Shown one piece after another: positions 58,201 through 64,000 of a stretch of 64,000 bases of DNA. The notes under the pieces were generated by a model. It saw only the letters and a list, made by a program, of their open reading frames with translations, ran no database searches and was not told the DNA's origin. Origin of the DNA: Trueperaceae bacterium. GTDB lineage: Bacteria > Deinococcota > Deinococci > Deinococcales > Trueperaceae. The DNA lies in contig JBBDRK010000049.1 of NCBI GenBank assembly GCA_040905465.1, positions 128,001 to 192,000 of the forward strand. Direction: 5' to 3'. The first letter of the stretch is position 1. Each line of letters starts with the position of its first letter. The position numbers were made by a program, and so were the translations under genes.

Positions 58201-58228
58201 AAGCTACGTAGTATTTGCGATTTGTCAA
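58201..58228 (-). promoter_or_regulatory. sigma70-type promoter for the pilin-like gene
   Basis: TTGACA-16 nt-TAGCTT in an AT-rich intergenic tract, followed by GAGGGG RBS and GTG. Confidence 0.6.
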
Positions 58229-58313
58229 GCGTAATAGTTATCTATAGCACACTTGGCGGCACAAGGTGTCATCATCGCCGTAATTCACCCCCGCGGATCG
58301 TCGATAGCCGCGG

Positions 58314-59540
58314 TCACACCGCTGGGCTTCCTGCCACATAGACTTGCGTGACCCTGAAGTCGTCATCCAACGCGACCATATCGGAGCGTAGGCCCACTGC
58401 GATCTCACCGCGATCGGCCAGTCCCAGGTAACGAGCCGGAACCGCCGACAGCATCGCCGAAGCCTCGGCCAGGGGTACCCCGACGGCCAGTACATTGCGC
58501 AGGGCCCGGTCGAGCGTCAGGACGCTGCCCGCGAGGGTGCCGTCGGCCAGCCGGGCGGCTCCCCGGTCTATCGTGACCGGCAGGCCACCGAGTTCCGTCT
58601 CGCCATCCCCCTGTCCACCCGCCCTGATGCAGTCGGTCACCAGCATGAGACGGCCATCCTTGGCCGCGCGCGCCGCGTGCAGCGCGCCTTCGGCCACATG
58701 ATGCCCGTCGAATATCAGCTCGGCGTAGCCGTCCACCAGCGCCAGGGCCGCCCCGGCAGTTCCGGGCGCCCGACCCTCCACTCCACCCATTGCGTTGTAG
58801 AGATGGGTGAAGCCAAAGGTGCCGCTCGCCTCACGCACGGCTCGCGCCAGCTCACGCACCGTTTCGTAATCGGCGCGAGTGTGCCCAACGCTCACCCGAA
58901 CTCCCGCTTCAGCGAACACCCGCGCCGCAGCCAGCGCACCTGGGAGCTCCGGTGCCAGCGTCACTACCCGCACGACGTCGCGACCGAGCACCTCGGCGAC
59001 CAGTTCGGGTAACGGATGCAGGGCGAACGGGGGCTGGGCGCCCAGGCGATCCGGACTTATGAACGGCCCTTCGAGATGAGCGCCCGGGATATTCGGGAGC
59101 GGGACCGCGGGTTGCGAGTCATCCCCTGCCTCGCTATCGATCTCGCCGGCAGATGCGGAGACTCCCGTGACCACGGCTTTTGCAGCGCCGGCTTCCGCGA
59201 CACCGGAAGACTCGCTCGCTCGGGCCCCAGCCAGTTGGGAGCGCACCCGGGCCACCCCGTCGAGCGCCGCCAGCACCCTCTCCCAGGGGTTGGTCATCGT
59301 GGTGGGTAACAGGGTTGTGGTGCCGTGGCGCAGGTGGAAACGAGCCAGTGCACGGATACCTTCGGGACCGTCCATGGTGTCTCCGCCGCCACCTCCGTGC
59401 AGGTGGCAGTCGATGAAACCGGGCACGATCAGAGGTCCGTCGACGTCCGCCGCGACGACCTCCTCTATCCGCTCACCGAAGCGCACTGTGCCGCGAATGA
59501 GCCCGGAAGGGGTGAGGATCCGACCGTGGAGCTCAGTCAT
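58314..59540 (-). CDS. nagA: N-acetylglucosamine-6-phosphate deacetylase
   Basis: PGFIDCHLHGGGG, GTTTLLPT, GAHLEGPFI, TLAPE, GHT, THLYNAM, DGHH, LVTD, LAGSVLT. Start ATG 59540. Confidence 0.93.
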   Translation of the reverse strand: MTELHGRILTPSGLIRGTVRFGERIEEVVAADVDGPLIVPGFIDCHLHGGGGGDTMDGPEGIRALARFHLRHGTTTLLPTTMTNPWERVLAALDGVARVRSQLAGARASESSGVAEAGAAKAVVTGVSASAGEIDSEAGDDSQPAVPLPNIPGAHLEGPFISPDRLGAQPPFALHPLPELVAEVLGRDVVRVVTLAPELPGALAAARVFAEAGVRVSVGHTRADYETVRELARAVREASGTFGFTHLYNAMGGVEGRAPGTAGAALALVDGYAELIFDGHHVAEGALHAARAAKDGRLMLVTDCIRAGGQGDGETELGGLPVTIDRGAARLADGTLAGSVLTLDRALRNVLAVGVPLAEASAMLSAVPARYLGLADRGEIAVGLRSDMVALDDDFRVTQVYVAGSPAV

Positions 59541-59541
59541 G

Positions 59542-60579
59542 CTAGATGGTCCGAGTGACCTTGGAGATATTGCGTGGGCTATCGGGGTCGTAGCCGCGAG
59601 ACACACTCAGATGCAAAGCAAGCAGCTGACCCGCCAGCACCAGCAGGAACGCTTCGGTTGCCGAGTGCAGCCCGGCCGGCAGCGGCACGGCAGCGTTGGC
59701 ACCTGCAAGCAGTTCGGTGGCGCTGCTCATCACCGTCAAGTCCGCCTGGAGCTCGTGCAGCCGGGCGACAGCAAGGGCGTTCGGTTCGCGCGTCGCATCA
59801 CCCGTCGCCAGCAGGAGGACCGGAGCGCGAGAGGAGAGCGCCGCTATCGGGCCGTGCTGGAACTCAGCGGCAGAGTAGGCCTGGGTGCCCATGTAGCTGG
59901 TTTCCTTGAGTTTGAGTGCCACCTCCTGGGCGACCGCGAAGGAGAAGCCGCGGCCGAGCACGTAGGCCTCGTCGGCGTGGGTGAGCCGCAGAGCGGCGTG
60001 AGCGACTTCCTGGCGTTCCGTAAGCAATTCGCGCATCGCTCCCGGCACCGCCTGCAGGGCAGCCAACAACTCCTCGTTACCCGACCAGTACGCCACCAGC
60101 AGGGCCAACAGCATCATCTGGCTGGTGAACGTCTTGGTCGCGGCAACCGCCTGCTCCTCACCCGCCAGCTGCTGAAGTTCCAAGTCGGCCGCGTTGGCAA
60201 GCGGACTCTCAGGATCGTTGGTTATCGCCACCGTCAGCGCGCCCGAGGCCTCCAGCGATTCGAGCGAGCGGCGGACATCCTCGGAGCGGCCCGACTGGCT
60301 CACGGCAATCGCAATCGCCTTCTCCACCCGCATCTGCGAGCCGTACACGGTGAGCAGGCTGGGCGGCATGCTGGCGACCGGCAGTCCCAAGTAGCGTCCG
60401 GCGAGGTACCCGAAGAAGGTGACGGCGTTGTCCGAAGATCCCCGCGCCAGCGTGACGATCAGCGGGCAGTCGGCGGCCCGCAACGCCGCCGCGACCCGCT
60501 TCGGCTCGTCGCCGTCCAGGAGGCGCTGCAGCACGTCGGGCTGCTCGAGGACCTCTCGCTCGAAATGACTCACTGGCAC
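59542..60579 (-). CDS. SIS-domain sugar-phosphate isomerase/deaminase (GlmS C-terminal-like)
   Basis: EVLEQP, ARGSSDNA, SQSGRS.D, E.AVAATKTF, E.ALKLKE, EFQHGP, DPDSPRNISKVT. Confidence 0.9.
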   Translation of the reverse strand: MPVSHFEREVLEQPDVLQRLLDGDEPKRVAAALRAADCPLIVTLARGSSDNAVTFFGYLAGRYLGLPVASMPPSLLTVYGSQMRVEKAIAIAVSQSGRSEDVRRSLESLEASGALTVAITNDPESPLANAADLELQQLAGEEQAVAATKTFTSQMMLLALLVAYWSGNEELLAALQAVPGAMRELLTERQEVAHAALRLTHADEAYVLGRGFSFAVAQEVALKLKETSYMGTQAYSAAEFQHGPIAALSSRAPVLLLATGDATREPNALAVARLHELQADLTVMSSATELLAGANAAVPLPAGLHSATEAFLLVLAGQLLALHLSVSRGYDPDSPRNISKVTRTI

Positions 60580-60681
60580 TCCTTTCGGTACATACGGCAG
60601 GCCGCTGAAGGCTCGTGTACCGATTGTCGCCCATCCAGCACCGGTCGGCGCGCAGATGCCGGGCGGAGGTAGACTCTGGGC

Positions 60682-61350
60682 ATGCTCACACGCGGTCTAA
60701 TCGTGTCCTGTCAGGCGCGTCCCGACAACCCGCTCCACGGCCCGGAAATCATGGCGGCCATGGCAAGGGCGGCCGAGCAGGGCGGAGCGGCCGGCATCCG
60801 CGCCAACGAGCCGGACGACATAGCCTCGATCAGGCAGTCGACGGCGCTACCGATAATCGGGATCTACAAGCGCGAGATAGCCGGATTCGCTACCTGCATC
60901 ACACCGGATCTGGCCAGCGCCCGAGCGGTCGCCGAGGCGGGAGCGGACATAGTGGCGGTGGACGCCACCGCGCGCCCCCATCCTGAAGGCAGTGCCAGCG
61001 ACCTGATCCGGGCGGTCAAGCGAGAGCTGCGGGTCCCGGTGTTCGCCGACGTGTCGAAGTTCGACGAGGGGATAGAAGCGGCGCGGGCGGGGGCCGACTA
61101 TGTCGCCACCACTCTCGCCGGGTATACCGCCGATTCGGCCCAGGGAGACGGTCCCGACCTGGAACTGCTGGCCGCGCTCGCCCGGGCCATCGATGTTCCG
61201 GTCGTCGCCGAGGGTCGCTTCTGGACTCCACTCGAGGTGGAGCAGGCGTTCGAGTTTGGGGCGTTCGCCGTGGTGGTCGGAACCGCCATAACCAACCCCC
61301 GCGAGATAACCAGGCGCTTCGCGGCCGCCGTGCCTGAAGAGGACTCGTGA
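60682..61350 (+). CDS. nanE: N-acetylmannosamine-6-phosphate 2-epimerase
   Basis: GLIVSCQA, MARAA..GGA.GIRAN, LPIIGIYK, ITP, TTLAGYT, AEGR, VVVGTAIT.P. Confidence 0.93.
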   Translation: MLTRGLIVSCQARPDNPLHGPEIMAAMARAAEQGGAAGIRANEPDDIASIRQSTALPIIGIYKREIAGFATCITPDLASARAVAEAGADIVAVDATARPHPEGSASDLIRAVKRELRVPVFADVSKFDEGIEAARAGADYVATTLAGYTADSAQGDGPDLELLAALARAIDVPVVAEGRFWTPLEVEQAFEFGAFAVVVGTAITNPREITRRFAAAVPEEDS

Positions 61351-62270
61351 TAGGTCTCGGCATAGACGCCGGCGGCTCGAGCACCCGCTGGCTGTTGCGT
61401 GACGAGGCCGGCGTCGAGATCGGCCGGGGAACCGCGGGCCCGATCACCGGGCACGTGTTCACTCCCGCTGATCTCGAGGCCACCAGGGAACGGCTTCTGG
61501 CGCTCATCGCCGAGGTGCTGACCGTCGCCCGGCCGGACGCCGTGGTTGCGGGCATCACCGGCTATCATCCCAGGTCCGAGGCGTCCGAAGCCCTTGCCCG
61601 AGCTATCTGCGATCGGCTGGGTATCGGCCACAGCCGCGCGTCGCTGGTCGACGACATGCTCATCGCCTACGCCAGCGTGTTCGAGCCCGGCCAAGGAGTC
61701 CTGCTCTACGCTGGCACCGGCAGCGTGGGGTATCACGTCGGCGTCGATGGAACTCCGCTGCGGGTAGGTGGTTACGGCTACCTGATCGACGACGCCGGAG
61801 CCGGCTACTGGATAGGCCACCAGGGGATCAGGCAGACCATGCGCTGGACGGACGAGGCGCAAGGCGCCCGGCAGCACCCGCTGGCACGGACCATCCATGG
61901 CGCGCTGGGCTGCCATGACTGGGACGACATTGCGATCGAGGTGTACCGTGGCGGTCGGCAGCGGGTTGCCGCGCTGGCGCCGGCGGTGGCCGAGGCTGCC
62001 GAAGCCGGCGACGAGGCCGCGGTGGCCATTTTGCGCACCGCCGGTACCGAGCTCGCCCGTCTCGCCAATCTGCTGTCGGCGCGGATCGGACGGCCCCTGC
62101 CGGTCGCGTTCACAGGCGGCATAGCCAGACTCAGCCCCCTGCTGAACGACAGCCTCCGCGCCGAACTGGGTCCGGGTACGTCGTTCGAAGTGGTGAATGT
62201 CGAGCCGATCACTGCCGCCGCGCGCATGGCGATCGAACTGGCCGGTGGTGCGCAGGTGACTACTGGTTGA
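61347..62270 (+). CDS. N-acetylglucosamine/N-acetylmuramic acid kinase-like (BadF/BadG family)
   Basis: GIDAGGSST, AGTGS, GGYGYLIDDAGAGYWIG, A.AGDEAA..IL, TGG. Confidence 0.85.
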   Translation: MIGLGIDAGGSSTRWLLRDEAGVEIGRGTAGPITGHVFTPADLEATRERLLALIAEVLTVARPDAVVAGITGYHPRSEASEALARAICDRLGIGHSRASLVDDMLIAYASVFEPGQGVLLYAGTGSVGYHVGVDGTPLRVGGYGYLIDDAGAGYWIGHQGIRQTMRWTDEAQGARQHPLARTIHGALGCHDWDDIAIEVYRGGRQRVAALAPAVAEAAEAGDEAAVAILRTAGTELARLANLLSARIGRPLPVAFTGGIARLSPLLNDSLRAELGPGTSFEVVNVEPITAAARMAIELAGGAQVTTG

Positions 62271-63201
62271 TGCCGCTCGCCTCGTCGAGGCCACCCGTCG
62301 CTGCCAGCACGTCGCGCACCCGGTTGTGATGCTCCGCCAGCAGCGACAGCGCCTCTTCCCGCGAAACGCCGGCCCGCAGGCAGACTATCGCCACCCTGAT
62401 CGAGCCTCCGGCGCTCACCAGGGCCTCACGCGAGCGCTCCTCGCCGGCCTCGGTAGCCCTGTCGACTATCGCCACCGCCCGCCGGCGCAACTTATCGTTC
62501 GACTGCACCATTCCCACCATCAGGTTCCGATATGCACCACCGAGCCTCACCAGTGCCGCCGTCGACAGTGTGTTGAGCGCAACCTTCTGAGCCGTACCCG
62601 CCGACAGTCGGGTCGAGCCCGCCAGCACCTCCGGACCCGTCTCCAGGCAGATCGGGAACTGCGCCGCCGCCAGCAGCGGAGTATTGCGATTGTTGGCTAT
62701 CCCCACGGTCAGCGCGCCGAGTTCGCCGGCGATCTCGAGCACGGCCACAGTGTAGGGCGTGCGGCCGCTGGCAGCGATGGCAATGACAGCATCCTGCGGG
62801 CCGACTGCCGCATCCTCGACGGCTCGCCGGGCCGCGTCGGTGTCGTCCTCGGCGCCTTCACGCGCCCTAGCTCCGGCCCCCTCGCCCCCCGCGAGGAGCA
62901 CTACCGTCCGGTCGAACCCGAACGTGGGCGGCAGTTCGGCTGCGTCCTGCAAGGCCAGCCGGCCGGAAGTGCCGGCACCGGCGTACACCAGCCTGCCGCC
63001 TCCGGCGATCCGCTCGACGATAGCCTCGGCGGCCGAGGTAAGTTGCGGCAGGGCGGCGGCGACCGCCTCGATGGACCGCCGGTTGGCGTCCACCAGCTCA
63101 CGGACGGTCCTGTCCGCCGGCCAGCGATCGAGATCCCGGTAGCGCTCGGCACTGGACTCGGTCACCTCCCCGGACGTATCACTACCCGCGTCCTCATCCA
63201 C
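62260..63201 (-). CDS. murQ: N-acetylmuramic acid 6-phosphate etherase
   Basis: GRLVYAGAGTSGRLA.QDAAELPPTFG, EGAEDD, IAASGRTPY, TGPEVLAGSTRL.AGTAQK..LN..ST. Confidence 0.93.
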   Translation of the reverse strand: MDEDAGSDTSGEVTESSAERYRDLDRWPADRTVRELVDANRRSIEAVAAALPQLTSAAEAIVERIAGGGRLVYAGAGTSGRLALQDAAELPPTFGFDRTVVLLAGGEGAGARAREGAEDDTDAARRAVEDAAVGPQDAVIAIAASGRTPYTVAVLEIAGELGALTVGIANNRNTPLLAAAQFPICLETGPEVLAGSTRLSAGTAQKVALNTLSTAALVRLGGAYRNLMVGMVQSNDKLRRRAVAIVDRATEAGEERSREALVSAGGSIRVAIVCLRAGVSREEALSLLAEHHNRVRDVLAATGGLDEASGINQ

Positions 63202-63231
63202 GCGATGCCCCTCCCCACATCCGAATCCCCG

Positions 63232-63987
63232 TCACGCGCCTCTCCCCGGCGTCCCCGCCTGCGCCCGCAGGTCCAACGCCATCCGGTAGCGGTCGCCGCG
63301 GTAGGCGCTGCGAACGAACTCGAACGGCCGGCCGTCGGCGTCGTAGGTGGTGCGCTCCATCGCCAGTACCGGAACGCCCGAATCGAGATCGAGCAGGCCT
63401 CGCTCGCGCGCCGTCGGCATTCGGGCGCCTATCGTCTGCCGCGCGCGCGAGGCCTCGATTCCGTACTGGGCGGCGATCGCACGGTAGAGCGAGCCCAACT
63501 CCTCGAGGCGTTCCAAAGCCAGATCGGCGAGGTGGGGCGCCAGGTGCGCTACCTGAAGCGCCAGCGGGGCGTCGTCCGCTGTGCGCAGGCGCGTGAGCCG
63601 CAACAGCGGTTCGCCCGGCGACACCTCCAGCCATCGCGCGGTCGCGCCGTCCGCGGGATGGCGATCCACCTCCAACATTCGCCCGCCCGGCCGCAACCCG
63701 AGCCGGCTGGCCTCCTCGCCAAAGCCCTGAAGCCGGTCTATGGTCTGCTCGACCGGACCCTCGCGCACGAACGTGCCGGAGCCCTGGCGCTGTTCGACCA
63801 AGCCCTCCGAAACGAGCTCCTCGAAGGCGCGCCTGACCGTCATCCTCGACAGCGCCAGCGTTTCCGACAGCTCACGCTCCGAGGGCAGGGCGCTGCCGGG
63901 CAAGAGCTCTCCCGTCCTTATAGCGCGGCTGAGTTGCTCGCGAAGCTGGAGATAGGCCGGAGTCGGCAGCTTCTTGTCGATATTCAA
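63232..63987 (-). CDS. GntR/HutC (UTRA) regulator, NagR/DasR-like
   Basis: PAYLQL, LPSEREL...SRMTVRRA...G.GTFV, C-terminal UTRA with RTTY....PFE..RSAYRGDRY. TTG start near the window edge. Confidence 0.9.
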   Translation of the reverse strand: MNIDKKLPTPAYLQLREQLSRAIRTGELLPGSALPSERELSETLALSRMTVRRAFEELVSEGLVEQRQGSGTFVREGPVEQTIDRLQGFGEEASRLGLRPGGRMLEVDRHPADGATARWLEVSPGEPLLRLTRLRTADDAPLALQVAHLAPHLADLALERLEELGSLYRAIAAQYGIEASRARQTIGARMPTARERGLLDLDSGVPVLAMERTTYDADGRPFEFVRSAYRGDRYRMALDLRAQAGTPGRGA

Positions 63988-64000
63988 CCGGGCGGAAGTC

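Overview
GC-rich bacterial chromosomal window, most likely Deinococcota (Trueperaceae-like). The fused PxpBC protein resembles Thermus TTHA0988 as I recall it, several genes look leaderless, and exported proteins are strongly acidic. Left to right: (1) 1-11.2 kb, IclR-led minus-strand operon with a polyamine-type ABC importer, AroM, DUF1177, hydantoinase/oxoprolinase A and B and a quinone oxidoreductase; (2) an M20 amidohydrolase and a sugar-type ABC importer; (3) 16.7-24.8 kb, GntR-led ectoine/hydroxyectoine catabolic operon (doeA, eutC, eutB) with a trans-sulfuration PLP enzyme, homoserine dehydrogenase and an aldehyde dehydrogenase, but no doeB or doeD; (4) a small lower-GC patch with a frameshifted RelE/HigB-like toxin and intact antitoxin; (5) pxpA-pxpBC; (6) 29.4-51.6 kb, an all-plus-strand quinoprotein island, the most striking part; (7) a pilin/chaperone/usher-like triplet; (8) amino-sugar recycling genes (nagA, SIS, nanE, kinase, murQ, GntR). 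The island holds a PqqT-like ABC transporter, two parallel modules of [COG4315-cytochrome c fusion] -> [PQQ dehydrogenase with the lanthanide-type W-D-x-D motif] -> hairpin -> [XoxJ/MxaJ-like + LutA/PedA1-like fused binding protein], a MoxR/DUF58/VWA chaperone set between them, and a secreted hyper-acidic multi-EF-hand protein. It reads as a candidate lanthanide/PQQ acquisition and oxidation system. All family assignments are by motif recognition from memory, not database searches. No rRNA, tRNA, CRISPR array or transposase was recognised.
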